A program made the translations under genes and the position numbers. The notes beneath the pieces are model-generated. The model was not told where the DNA came from, did not search any database, and worked only from the letters and a program-made list of their open reading frames with translations. From an uncultured Chloroflexia bacterium (GTDB lineage: Bacteria; Chloroflexota; Ktedonobacteria; Ktedonobacterales; JADMIN01), in NCBI GenBank assembly GCA_963718915.1, contig CAVRAI010000012.1, positions 16,305 to 48,304 on the forward strand: 32,000 bases of DNA, given 5' to 3'. Of the stretch, positions 1 to 8,761 are shown piece after piece. Numbering within the stretch: position 1 is the first letter of the stretch; each line of letters opens with the position of its first letter.

Positions 1-338
1 GCGGACTCGCGCCCCTTACGGCGGTGCGTCGTATAGAGCATCAGGTCGTACTGCATCGCCGAGAGTTCTTCGTCCACGCCGCGCGCGATCTCACCGAAAT
101 ACTCGACGGTGAGACTGTGGACGAGCAATCCAATGATGTTCGACTTCCCCCCGGCCAGACTACGCGCCTGGAGGTTCGCCACATAGCCAAGCTCCGCCAT
201 CGTCCGCAGCACTCGCTCGCGCTTATCGGCGCTGACACCCTTATTGTTGATGACCCGCGAGACCGTCGAGTAGGAGACATCCGCCTCGCGGGCCACATCG
301 AAGATGGTGACATCCTGGGTGGGGAGCTTGCGTACCAT
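1..338 (-). CDS. LacI/GalR-family transcriptional regulator, N-terminal part (gene continues beyond left edge)
   Basis: Reverse-strand ATG at 338-336. Translation MVRKLPTQDVTIFDVAREADVSYSTVSRVINNKGVSADKRERVLRTMAELGYVANLQARSLAGGKSNIIGLLV... is a canonical LacI HTH followed by the start of the sugar-binding core. Absent from the ORF track because it is edge-truncated. Confidence 0.85.
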   Translation of the reverse strand, partial: MVRKLPTQDVTIFDVAREADVSYSTVSRVINNKGVSADKRERVLRTMAELGYVANLQARSLAGGKSNIIGLLVHSLTVEYFGEIARGVDEELSAMQYDLMLYTTHRRKGRES

Positions 339-350
339 GGCACTCTCACT

Positions 351-366
351 TTGCAAGCGCTTGCAA
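351..366. promoter_or_regulatory. LacI-type operator (perfect 16-bp palindrome)
   Basis: TTGCAAGCGCTTGCAA lies just upstream of the LacI start and fits the LacI/GalR operator consensus TGnAAnCGnTTnCA. Confidence 0.7.
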
Positions 367-453
367 CGGTTTGACGGAAGGATACCAGTGAACCTGCCAT
401 TCGTCAAGCCCCCTTCGCAAAATTCATAGCGAAATCCCTGATTTTATGGGCAT

Positions 454-822
454 TCATATATTGTCGAGATTGCAAAACATACACGTGGTCGAGGTTGCAT
501 TGCCGAGTGCTCTTGCAAGCGCATTCATAACGGTGTGACGGTTGAGGAAGGCCAGAGAGGACGGCGCTGACGTGCCCCACATGGCGCGTTGGGGCGTTGC
601 CATCAGCGCTGCGCTATCAATGCCCATCTGGTGCGGATGCCAGTCGGGCCGCACCGTGTCCCTGTCAACAACTGCCTCAATAGCCGCCAGGCGCCTGGGC
701 GTCATCATATGGTCCGAAGGTCGTATCTCTTCACGAGCACATACCCACCGTATATCTCGAATCCCCACCATTTTTTGCACTTTTGGCTCATGGCGGTTGA
801 GGAGAGACTTGTTACGATGCAC
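454..822 (-). CDS. hypothetical protein (weak call, possibly a gene remnant)
   Basis: Only ORF of any length in 400-1000. No recognisable motif, lower GC than neighbours, no clear RBS. Confidence 0.2.
   Translation of the reverse strand: MHRNKSLLNRHEPKVQKMVGIRDIRWVCAREEIRPSDHMMTPRRLAAIEAVVDRDTVRPDWHPHQMGIDSAALMATPQRAMWGTSAPSSLAFLNRHTVMNALARALGNATSTTCMFCNLDNI
514..527. promoter_or_regulatory. second candidate LacI-type operator
   Basis: TGCAAGCGCATTCA has one mismatch to TGnAAnCGnTTnCA and lies 150 bp from the first operator. Confidence 0.35.
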
Positions 823-1106
823 CGCGTGCCATAACGGTCAGACCAGCATGATTGCCCGCGCAATCTTCTGGAAAGGAGGCCTAACCTCAAGGTGAGGTCT
901 GGTTCATGGCTGACGCCAGGGAGACCGCCCCCAAGCGGGATAGCGCACCCTCGGACGCGCAGTGGTGAGCGTCCGTAGCGGTCATCTGTTGCCGTGTGAA
1001 GGAGTTGCTGGAGTCTGGAGTAAGGCAGGAAAGAGGGCATCTCCGCGAGCCGCCACGGAGTGGAGAGGAGGTGGAAAAGTTGTCAGATCGCGGAGGGAAC
1101 CTTCAT

Positions 1107-1826
1107 ATGGTCGCAACGCGGCCAGCGAAGACATTCCGCCAACGCCTCTATGACTTCCTGGATCATCGGCGCGATATGATCGCGCTCGTCGTCGTCCTGC
1201 TCCTGTTGCAGGCGCCTATCTACCTGCTCAGCAACGGCCTTACGATCAATGACGTCCTGCGCGAGAGTGGCCTGTCAGGTGGCGCGACGGGTGGTAGTTC
1301 CACCGAGGCGGGCGGACCCGACTGGCTCGCGATCCTCATCGCGACCGCGGCGGTCATCTGCCTAGTATTGGGCCGCCGCGTCTGGCTCCGATGGCTGACG
1401 ATCATTGCGGCAAGCATCCAGACGCTCCTGGTGATCCTGTTTACACTTGTACTTGTCGCCACTATCGGTCTCAAGGCGCAGACTGGAGTGCGCTTGCTGC
1501 AAGACAGCGTGGTGGTCTGGGTAAGCATCACCATGCTGTTCGCGCTCTGGTACTGGCTGATCGAGAGCGCCTCTGCCCAGGAGAAGGCCGCTGGAAAAGC
1601 CCACGACATCGTGTTCGCCGAGAGAGACCTGGCGACGTCGGCGGAAAGCGCGTGGCGGCCACACATCATCGACTACGTCTACCTGTCCTTCACTATCAGC
1701 ACCAGATTCAGTCCAGGTTCAGCGATCATGCTCTCCCGCCGGGCGAAGCTGATCCAGATGCTCCACACCATCCTGTCCATACTCGTTCTGCTCGTGATCG
1801 CGGCCAGAGCCGTCGGCATCGCGTGA
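1107..1826 (+). CDS. DUF1345-family integral membrane protein
   Basis: GGAGGG is 8 nt upstream of ATG 1107, inside track ORF 996-1826. Multiple TM helices. The C-terminal IIDYVYLSFTISTRFSPGSAIMLSRRAKLIQMLHTILS resembles the DUF1345 signature (DFxYFSFTIGxT...). Confidence 0.7.
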   Translation: MVATRPAKTFRQRLYDFLDHRRDMIALVVVLLLLQAPIYLLSNGLTINDVLRESGLSGGATGGSSTEAGGPDWLAILIATAAVICLVLGRRVWLRWLTIIAASIQTLLVILFTLVLVATIGLKAQTGVRLLQDSVVVWVSITMLFALWYWLIESASAQEKAAGKAHDIVFAERDLATSAESAWRPHIIDYVYLSFTISTRFSPGSAIMLSRRAKLIQMLHTILSILVLLVIAARAVGIA

Positions 1827-1876
1827 TCGCGGCCAGCGCTGTGAATGACCACAAACGATGACCAAGGAGGATTGCA

Positions 1877-2326
1877 ATGTACGATCAACAGCCCGCTCAG
1901 CCCCATCGACCCGTTTTCCTCACCATCCTGGCGATTCTCGCCATTATAGGCGGCGTGCTCTCGCTGCTGGGGGCGATCTTACTCTTCACCTCTGGTGGCG
2001 CTGGTGTCTTCGCCAGCGGCGGGCAAGCTGCCTATGTCACTGCTGGCATTGTCCTCGGATTTGTCGGGGTGATTTTGCTCGTCTCGGGTATCCTCGACCT
2101 GGCATTCGGGATCGGGACGCTTCAAGGCCGCGTCTGGGCCTGGATCCTTGGCATCCTGGCTCAGGTTCTCACGCTGCTCTCGGCGCTGATCGCCATCATC
2201 AGCGGCGTGTTCAACCACAACTTCGGCGGAGCCATTAGCAGCAATATCGTCTCGATCATCATCGCGGGGATCATCCTGTTCTACCTCAATTCAAGGCAGG
2301 TCCGAGCATACTTCGGACGTAGATGA
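1877..2326 (+). CDS. small polytopic membrane protein (4 TM), unknown function
   Basis: AAGGAGG (1864-1870) is 6 nt before the ATG. Hydrophobic helices throughout. C-terminal IILFYLNSRQVRAYF is shared with the next gene. Confidence 0.75.
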   Translation: MYDQQPAQPHRPVFLTILAILAIIGGVLSLLGAILLFTSGGAGVFASGGQAAYVTAGIVLGFVGVILLVSGILDLAFGIGTLQGRVWAWILGILAQVLTLLSALIAIISGVFNHNFGGAISSNIVSIIIAGIILFYLNSRQVRAYFGRR

Positions 2327-2550
2327 GCTGACCCTGGCACAAAACTTGATCTTCATCTCTGAACATGTCGTCTCTATTGGAGTACTCGCGGGAGTCGCTA
2401 CCACGTCACCTGTTGAATACCCAATGGAGATGGCAGAGAGGCATGAAGTGGCGAGCGGCGACGAGCGGCGACGAGCTTGACTGGCCGTTCTGAACCAACG
2501 CGAGATCAACGCCAGCCTCGTGTGCAATCGTGATGAGAGGGAGCACGCAG

Positions 2551-3126
2551 ATGAAACGGCCACGCGGAGTGATGATTATCGGCTGCCTGCTACTCATACA
2601 AGGATTACTCTTGAGCGGGATCGTCGTTGTACTCGCCGCGGCCATCATCCTGGCTCTGAACCGCCAGTTGCCCCGCGAGCTTGCTGTCAGCATCGAAGGC
2701 ATCTCACCACTGGACTGGGCAAGCGTCGCCGCGAATGCAGTCGTTGGCATTCTCTCGCTCGTCGGCGGGGTCGCGCTCTTGCTGGTGCGCCCATGGGCAT
2801 GGACATTGGCGCTGTTAGTGCAGGGGTATTCGCTGGCCGTCGATCTATGGAGCATCTATCAGGGTCACACGCCCTATCTGGAGATGCTCGTCCCCATTGT
2901 CATTATTTTCTATCTCAACACGCGCTCAGTGAGTCGTTTCTTCGAGAACCTGCGACGCCATACGGACGGGCAAGCCCAGAGTGGGCCCGCTACTCCAAAC
3001 GCCCTGAATGGTCTGAATGCCACCGCTGGGACGATTACAGCAACGGGAGGCGCGGTCGTGGCGCCATCAGGGCGAACCCCACCAGACCAGCGGACAGTGC
3101 GGCAAGAAAGCCCACAACGCTCGTAA
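2551..3126 (+). CDS. small polytopic membrane protein, paralog of 1877-2326 with Pro/Thr/Gly-rich tail
   Basis: GAGGGAG is 7 nt before ATG 2551 (track ORF begins at 2530). Same TM layout as the previous gene. Motif VIIFYLNTRSVSRFF matches IILFYLNSRQVRAYF. Confidence 0.7.
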   Translation: MKRPRGVMIIGCLLLIQGLLLSGIVVVLAAAIILALNRQLPRELAVSIEGISPLDWASVAANAVVGILSLVGGVALLLVRPWAWTLALLVQGYSLAVDLWSIYQGHTPYLEMLVPIVIIFYLNTRSVSRFFENLRRHTDGQAQSGPATPNALNGLNATAGTITATGGAVVAPSGRTPPDQRTVRQESPQRS

Positions 3127-3127
3127 C

Positions 3128-3290
3128 ACCTCAGTATATTCGGTGACAACTCCCCACGGCTACAGCCGAGGGCTTCTCAGTTCACCCGGCAGCCCATCGG
3201 CTCCCGTCCCTGAAGGCAGTGCCCCTGCCTGTAGTGCTACTTCTACTCGTAATCCGGCCTGTAAGATATTCTTGGCGGCATTCACATCGC
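3128..3290 (-). ncRNA. predicted omega/right-end RNA of the TnpB element (position inferred)
   Basis: In characterised TnpB systems the guide RNA scaffold overlaps the 3' end of tnpB and the right end. Here the 3' tail and downstream sequence contain stem-loops such as CCCTCGGC-TGTA-GCCGTGGGG. Boundaries were not determined. Confidence 0.3.
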
Positions 3291-4395
3291 GGTCTTCGAC
3301 CAGACCGCAGGAAGGGCAGATATGCGTCCGCACGGAGAGGCTTTTCTGGACGTACTCCCCACATCCGCTGCACTTCTGGGTCGTGAAGCGCGCAGGGACT
3401 CGCACCACCTCATGACCGGCTCTCTCAGCCTTATCTGTGAGGATGTCGAGAAACGCGCTCCAACTGGCGTCGTGAATGCTCTTGGCCAGGTGATGGTTCT
3501 TCACCATCCCTGCCACGTTCAGGGCTTCTACGCAGATGCGCCCGTAGCGCTCCGCGTACTGCTTGGCGGTCTTGAAATGGAAGTCACGGCGCTGGCGACC
3601 CACCTTCAAGTGCTTGCATGCAACCACACGGTTGGCCTTACGCCTGCGGTGACTCCCTTGCTTGCGGCGGCAGACGGTGCGTTGCGCGTGCGCAAGGCGT
3701 TTCTGCCCGCTGCGGTAGTAGCGCGGGTTCTCTACCACGCTGCCCTCCGAGTCGGCCAGAAAGACCTTCAGCCCCACATCCAGGCCAATGGCAGGATGCT
3801 CACAGTCCGCCTGCATATCCACCTGCGTATCCACCTGCGTATCCACCTGAGCGGGATGCGCCTCACCGAACGCATCCTGCGGTGTCGTCTCACAGACGAT
3901 CAGCACATACCAATGGTTGTCAGCCCGCAAGACCAGATGGGCCGTGACTGGCGTGCCCATCAGTGGACGATGCAACTTGATCTTGAGCAGGCGTCCCAGT
4001 TTGGCCGGGACGTGCAGATGTTTCCCGTCGGCATCAAGCCATACGTCGCGATGCGTTGCGTACTGGCGGAGTTGGATGCTGTGCCAGCGATTCGGCGTCT
4101 TGAAGCGGGGGAAGCCTGCGGGCAACCCCAGGTCTTTCATCTGCAAGAACCGCTTGAGCGCACGGCTGAGCCGATCCGCCAGCGTTTGCACGGTGGTCGC
4201 AGGCACGAGATCGCCGCCGCGTCCCTTGAAGTGCGCTGTCAGGTCATACTTCGAGGGGAACGTGCCGTTCGTCTCATACTGCGCTTTCAGGTTCGCCAGC
4301 ATCTCGTTGTAAATGGCCCGGGATGCGATCAGACAGGCCATCAAGTGCTGACGCTGGACGCAGTTAGGATAGAGCCGGTACTCAAACGTTCGCAT
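3160..4395 (-). CDS. tnpB: TnpB (OrfB) RNA-guided endonuclease/transposase accessory protein
   Basis: 411 aa starting MRTFEYRLYPN. RuvC triad contexts are IGLDVGL, CVEALNV and DRDVNAAKNI. Zn finger CSGCG...CPSCG is present. Typical OrfB_IS605 architecture. Confidence 0.93.
   Translation of the reverse strand: MRTFEYRLYPNCVQRQHLMACLIASRAIYNEMLANLKAQYETNGTFPSKYDLTAHFKGRGGDLVPATTVQTLADRLSRALKRFLQMKDLGLPAGFPRFKTPNRWHSIQLRQYATHRDVWLDADGKHLHVPAKLGRLLKIKLHRPLMGTPVTAHLVLRADNHWYVLIVCETTPQDAFGEAHPAQVDTQVDTQVDMQADCEHPAIGLDVGLKVFLADSEGSVVENPRYYRSGQKRLAHAQRTVCRRKQGSHRRRKANRVVACKHLKVGRQRRDFHFKTAKQYAERYGRICVEALNVAGMVKNHHLAKSIHDASWSAFLDILTDKAERAGHEVVRVPARFTTQKCSGCGEYVQKSLSVRTHICPSCGLVEDRDVNAAKNILQAGLRVEVALQAGALPSGTGADGLPGELRSPRL
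3805..3850. repeat. 12-bp tandem repeat (about 3.8 copies) inside tnpB
   Basis: ATCCACCTGCGT repeated at 3817, 3829 and 3841 (partial), with a degenerate copy at 3805. Encodes QVDTQVDTQVDMQ in TnpB. Confidence 0.9.
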
Positions 4396-4549
4396 GCTCT
4401 AGTGGTAGTACATAGGGCACGCGAGTATCAAGTGTGCGGTACTGGTGTGGTGCGGGTGTCGCCTGAGGGCGACCGGGCTTTCACTCCCATAGCTGCGTCA
4501 GATCTGAAGCAAGGGGCGCTCAGCCCGATTCTCAGGGAGGCAGGTAGAG

Positions 4550-6391
4550 ATGACCATGCAACAACTCACCGGCAATGATCTGACGCTGTTGCGGCGCTTT
4601 GAGCCCGCCCTGTGTTTCAACCGGGGCGAGCAATTCTTTCCGATGAGCGCCGACCTCTATTTGACCCAGGCCAGTCTCTGGATCCATCGTCCCGACGCCG
4701 ATCCAGAGATACTTGTGCCGCCTGGCAAGCTGGATGATGCGGCTCTCACGCAACGGTGGGAGGAGATTCCGGGCGCCGTCTACTATCTGCGCGTCGCGAA
4801 TGCCGCGTCGCTCGCCGAGGTTCGGGCGTTTCGCCATAACTCGACCTTGCACGACTTCCACACAGGGCCAGGACGCCTCGTGCGGGTAGGCTTGCTGGCC
4901 CGCTTCCTCGATCTGTTTTTCTCGCTTTCCCTGCTGCTGCGTGGCAACACGCCGGGTGGCTTGGCTGTCGGCGCAGCGCAGCGCTATCACGCTGTCGAGC
5001 AGGCCGCGGGAAGCAAACGCGGAACCTGGTATCATGGACGGGTCGTGCGCCAGCACGGGTACATCGCGCTGCAATACTACTTCTTCTACGCCTTCAACGA
5101 CTGGCGCTCGTCATTTCACGGCGTCAACGACCACGAGGGCGACTGGGAGATGGTGACGGTCTACGCCGCGGAGGATACGTCTGGCCAGATCCAACCGTGT
5201 TGGATGGCCTGTTCCGCCCATCTGGGCGAGGGAGACGACCTGCGCCGCCGCTGGGATGATCCGGGGCTGGAACGTATCGGCGAGCACCCCATCGTCTATG
5301 TTGGCGCTGGCTCACACGCGAATTACTTCTTTCGTGGCGAATATATGCCTGCCGTCGAAGTGCCTTTCACCCAGCCACTGGCACATGCCTGGACAGAGGT
5401 ACGCCGCCTGTGGGCGCGCCTTGGTCAGGGCGATTCCCTCGGCCCGCAAAAAACGCGAGAAGGCATTCACATCCCGTTTGTCGACTATGCGCGTGGCGAT
5501 GGGATGCGCGTTGGACCTGGTCAACCGCAGACGTGGCAGGTATGTCTACTCCAGCCAACCGCGGAATTGCCCGCGCCGCCATGGGTGGACAATTATCGTG
5601 GCCTCTGGGGACTGCGTAGCGGCGATCTGCTCGGCGGCGAGGATCCTCCAACTGGGCCGCGATTCGACCGAAGTGGCGGGGAGCGGAAACGGTGGTACGA
5701 TCCAATCGGCTGGAGCGGGCTTGATAAAACACCACCACCCTCGGACGCGCTGGCAACCCTTGAGCGCCAGCAGCAGCGACTGCGCGAGCAGCGCGTTGAC
5801 CTTTCCCACACGATTGACGACGTGACCGCCCAGTTGATGGGATTGGAGATGGAGGTAGCAGCCCAACGAAATACATTCTCACGCGCGGAAGCCGTCAAAG
5901 CGAGGCGCGAGCTTGAGAAGATGGATAAAGATCTCACGCAGCTCAAGGCTGATCGCGCCGCCATTGATGTCGCTGAGGAGCAATGCGCCACCTATGCCGG
6001 GCGCCTGGCATCGGGAGACCCCGGCGACCCACGCGCGCATCTCCACGCTCCCGACCTCCCGGTGAGCGCGGCTGACCTGCGGTTGGGTCGCCTGGCGGCC
6101 ATCTGGAGCGCGGTGAGTGTTGGGGTGTTACTCCTGGGTATGGTGGTGCTGGCGCAGTTTTTCCCACGCATCCTGATTCCGGGGGCAGCGGTACTCTTAG
6201 GGGTGTATGCATTCATCGAGGCGCTCTTTCACCGAACCCTCGAGGGCCTGATTCGCGGCATCGCGGTGGCGCTGGCGGTGGTGGCCACAGTGGCGCTCAT
6301 CGTCCAGTTTGCCCTGCCGCTGCTGCTGGCGCTGGTGGTAATTGTGGGGATCTTCATCCTGGTGGAGAACGTGCGTGAGTTGATTACCTGA
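4550..6391 (+). CDS. Vps62/DUF946-like domain protein with coiled coil and C-terminal TM helices
   Basis: GGGAGG is upstream of ATG 4550. FFPMS near the N-terminus, YYFFYAFNDW and HEGDWEMVTVY resemble the Vps62/DUF946 HxGDWE core. A coiled coil spans about residues 400-480, followed by 3-4 TM helices. Confidence 0.6.
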   Translation: MTMQQLTGNDLTLLRRFEPALCFNRGEQFFPMSADLYLTQASLWIHRPDADPEILVPPGKLDDAALTQRWEEIPGAVYYLRVANAASLAEVRAFRHNSTLHDFHTGPGRLVRVGLLARFLDLFFSLSLLLRGNTPGGLAVGAAQRYHAVEQAAGSKRGTWYHGRVVRQHGYIALQYYFFYAFNDWRSSFHGVNDHEGDWEMVTVYAAEDTSGQIQPCWMACSAHLGEGDDLRRRWDDPGLERIGEHPIVYVGAGSHANYFFRGEYMPAVEVPFTQPLAHAWTEVRRLWARLGQGDSLGPQKTREGIHIPFVDYARGDGMRVGPGQPQTWQVCLLQPTAELPAPPWVDNYRGLWGLRSGDLLGGEDPPTGPRFDRSGGERKRWYDPIGWSGLDKTPPPSDALATLERQQQRLREQRVDLSHTIDDVTAQLMGLEMEVAAQRNTFSRAEAVKARRELEKMDKDLTQLKADRAAIDVAEEQCATYAGRLASGDPGDPRAHLHAPDLPVSAADLRLGRLAAIWSAVSVGVLLLGMVVLAQFFPRILIPGAAVLLGVYAFIEALFHRTLEGLIRGIAVALAVVATVALIVQFALPLLLALVVIVGIFILVENVRELIT

Positions 6392-6453
6392 GGAACAAGG
6401 CCGCGCCAGTGCGACACGGCCCTGCTCCACCCTGCTCCAAACGGCGAATCGCG

Positions 6454-7611
6454 CTACCGGGTGCTGTGCATCGGCATGATAACGTAGACATAGTCGCTTT
6501 CGTTGCTACCTGGCTTGATAACGCCCGGCTGCTGAGGCGTGTTCAGTTCGAGCGCCACGGTTGGCGTACCGATGACACCCAGCACATCGGTCAGATACTT
6601 GACATTGAAGATGATTTCCATCCCTGGTCCATCCACAGCTGCTTCTCTTGTGGTGGTCGTGTCGCCGTTCTCCTCCGCCGTCGCCACCAGAGTCACGCCG
6701 CCCGGCATCAGGCCACCATTCTCGCCCTCGGCAACTTTCAGCCGCACGATATTGGCGCTATCACGCGCGAAGATAGACGCCTGTTTAGCCGCCTGCTGCA
6801 GTTGCTCTGTAGGCATCGTTACACGGGTGGTGTGGCCCTTCGGCAAAATGACCTCGTAGTTGGGGAACTGCCCGGCGATCAGCGTCGAGACCAGCTCGAG
6901 GTCGTCGCCGATGCGGAAGAGCACCTGGTTGCGGTTTGGCGTCACGACGATATAGACCGTGCCCTCGCCCGGCATCACCTTCGCCAACTCCGTCAACGTG
7001 CGCGCGGGGATGAGCATATCGTTGACGGGCGCGTTGTCCTGGCCACCCGTCTCCTCCAGCGCGGTCGAGCGTACCGCCAGCCGGAAGCTATCCGCGGCGG
7101 CGAATGTCAGCCGCCCCTCGCTCACCCGCGCCAAAACGCCGGTGAAGACCGGGCGGGCGTCATCGGTGGCGGCGGCAAAGGCCACCTCGGCGATCATTGC
7201 CCGCAGCTCCGCCACACTCACCATCAGCGGCGGCTGCCCACCGTCGGCCGTCGGGATCGCCGGAAACTCGCCCGGCTCCATCCCGCGAATCGTCGCCTGG
7301 CTGCGCTGGTCACTCACCTTCAAGCTCTGCCCCGACGGCTGCAACGCCAGCGTGACCTCACTCGGCGGCAGCGTGTTGACGAAATCAGTCAGCAGCCGCG
7401 ATGGGCTGGTGGTGCTGCCCTCCTCCTGGATATTGGCTGGCACCCAGCAGGTGATGCCGATCTCCAGGTTGGTGGCGGAGAGACGCAGGCGACCATTCTC
7501 GGCGGCCAGCAGGATATTGGAGAGAATCGGCAGTGTGCTCCGCGTCGAGACGGCATGGCTGACGGTGGAGAGTCCTCGGGCCAGGTCTTGCTGCTTGCAG
7601 GTGAGCTTCAC
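6454..7611 (-). CDS. dnaN: DNA polymerase III beta sliding clamp
   Basis: VKLTCKQQDLARGLSTVSHAVSTRSTLPILSNILLAAENGRLRLSATNLEIGI... is typical DnaN. GTG 7611 is preceded by GAGGAGG with 6-nt spacing. The track ORF extends to 7701, but that N-terminal extension looks spurious. Confidence 0.92.
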   Translation of the reverse strand: MKLTCKQQDLARGLSTVSHAVSTRSTLPILSNILLAAENGRLRLSATNLEIGITCWVPANIQEEGSTTSPSRLLTDFVNTLPPSEVTLALQPSGQSLKVSDQRSQATIRGMEPGEFPAIPTADGGQPPLMVSVAELRAMIAEVAFAAATDDARPVFTGVLARVSEGRLTFAAADSFRLAVRSTALEETGGQDNAPVNDMLIPARTLTELAKVMPGEGTVYIVVTPNRNQVLFRIGDDLELVSTLIAGQFPNYEVILPKGHTTRVTMPTEQLQQAAKQASIFARDSANIVRLKVAEGENGGLMPGGVTLVATAEENGDTTTTREAAVDGPGMEIIFNVKYLTDVLGVIGTPTVALELNTPQQPGVIKPGSNESDYVYVIMPMHSTR

Positions 7612-7761
7612 GGGCGGCCTCCTCAGATGGAATGTATACATATCAGAACGGATGATGGGTATACCAGGCAACGCATCGGCGATGATCGCGACGCGCTTCA
7701 CAAGTATACCCTGCTCCCTATCCTTTCTCCGTATGCCTAACCCATCTGGTAGTCCGCCTCT

Positions 7762-8233
7762 TTAGAATGGCTTGAGCACCATCAGCCAGAGGATGATCAG
7801 CAGGCCGATGCCGCCGGTCAATGTCGGCAGCCACGGACGCAGCGCCGCCAGCGCCTCCGGCAGGCGCTCGGAGACGACGGACTCATCGATGGTGGTTGGC
7901 CCGGTGAATCCGACCGCTATGCGCGCCTTGCGGAACGCTGGCCCCGTGAAGGCCGACATCAGAATCCAGATCACCACAAAGACGCCGAGCGCCGCCCAGA
8001 TCCAGCCCATCGACCACCAGTTCCCACGAATCCGGCAGCGATGCCGCCGATCAAAAGCAGAGGAGCGAGAAGGTTGACGCCATGACGGCGCTCGCTGAGA
8101 GGCCAAGCAGCGCCCGAATCGCGTGGATATCTTTTTCACGCTGCACGCGGAAGGCGACGAATACCGAGACCCCATGCGCCAGCAGGAATCCGAAGACGCC
8201 GAGCACATGCAGAAAAACGAGCCACTGATACAA
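7762..8233 (-). pseudogene. DUF2269-like integral membrane protein, apparently frameshifted
   Basis: MYQWLVFLHVLGVFGFLLAHG...STFSLL (8233-8051) continues as LLLIGGIAAGFVG in a second frame and NWWSMGWIWAALGVFVV...LKPF (to 7762) in a third. This implies two 1-nt shifts within about 40 nt (8022-8062). Confidence 0.5.
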
Positions 8234-8335
8234 ACCAACACCTCCTTATGCGGACATTCAGGGAGAAACCCAAAAGGTCCGCAACATCCATACCTCACAG
8301 CACACAATCTCCGGACGCGGTTGCGCCATGTCTGT

Positions 8336-8376
8336 AAGATATATCTTGTTATAACGGAGTGAGTCGGAAGGGTCAA
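8336..8376 (-). promoter_or_regulatory. sigma70-like promoter plus abutting 12-bp palindromic operator
   Basis: On the minus strand: TTGACC (8376-8371), 17 nt, TATAAC (8353-8348). It is immediately followed by the perfect palindrome AAGATATATCTT (8347-8336), about 100 nt upstream of the DUF2269-like start. Confidence 0.5.
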
Positions 8377-8417
8377 CTGTCCTTTTGGCCAGCGGTCGGC
8401 AGTGGGGTGAGACGCGA

Positions 8418-8708
8418 TCAGCGGCGTGCGGCGCGGGCTGACTGGGGAAACCGCTGGGCCGAGCGGGCGCGTGCCCTGGCAGCCTCTTCGGCGCGATCCT
8501 TCGGCGGGGCGTTCGTCTCCAGCGCGGTGAGGAGCTTCTGGGCGACGGCGGCGATCTCGTCAACGGCGGCATGAAACGCCGCCTCATTCGCCTGAGAGGG
8601 CTTGCTGAAACCACTGATTTTGCGCACGAACTGCACCGAGGCCGCGTGAATCTCGTCCTCGGTGGCGGGAGGCTCGAAGTTGAAAAGCGGCTTAATATTT
8701 CGACACAT
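8418..8708 (-). CDS. DUF2277 family protein
   Basis: MCRNIKPLFNFEPPATEDEIHAASVQFVRKISGFSKPSQANEAAF is the hallmark N-terminus of DUF2277. Confidence 0.85.
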   Translation of the reverse strand: MCRNIKPLFNFEPPATEDEIHAASVQFVRKISGFSKPSQANEAAFHAAVDEIAAVAQKLLTALETNAPPKDRAEEAARARARSAQRFPQSARAARR

Positions 8709-8761
8709 AGCGATTCTATGACCTCCATTGGGCTGAACGAGCGCCTGTACACCATAGCATG

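Larger units (their letters stand above)
3128..4480 (-). mobile_element. IS200/IS605-family, tnpB-only (IS1341-like) element; ends approximate
   Basis: A lone tnpB with no tnpA fills the whole gap between two unrelated genes. A perfect hairpin GTCGCC-TGAG-GGCGAC at 4458-4473 lies upstream of tnpB as a candidate left-end structure. Confidence 0.55.

Noticed and set aside
823-1106. Possible riboswitch or leader upstream of the DUF1345 gene (several hairpins, for example GGACGC-10 nt-GCGTCC at about 947-968)
   Set aside because: I cannot match it to any riboswitch consensus (B12 box, Mn, c-di-AMP and others checked by eye). The hairpins alone are weak evidence in GC-rich DNA.
3322-4578. Long antisense ORFs in the track (for example 3322-4578 +, 6409-7740 +, 12409-13374 +, 10175-10996 +, 24129-24914 +, 30171-31286 -, 27646-28293 -)
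   Set aside because: Each lies opposite a gene with clear family motifs. Their translations are Arg/Ala/Gly/Pro-rich with no motifs. These are the classic shadow ORFs of high-GC DNA.
6392-7761. Possible replication origin next to dnaN
   Set aside because: No dnaA gene is present. I could not see TTATCCACA-like DnaA boxes or an AT-rich unwinding element in the flanking spacers.
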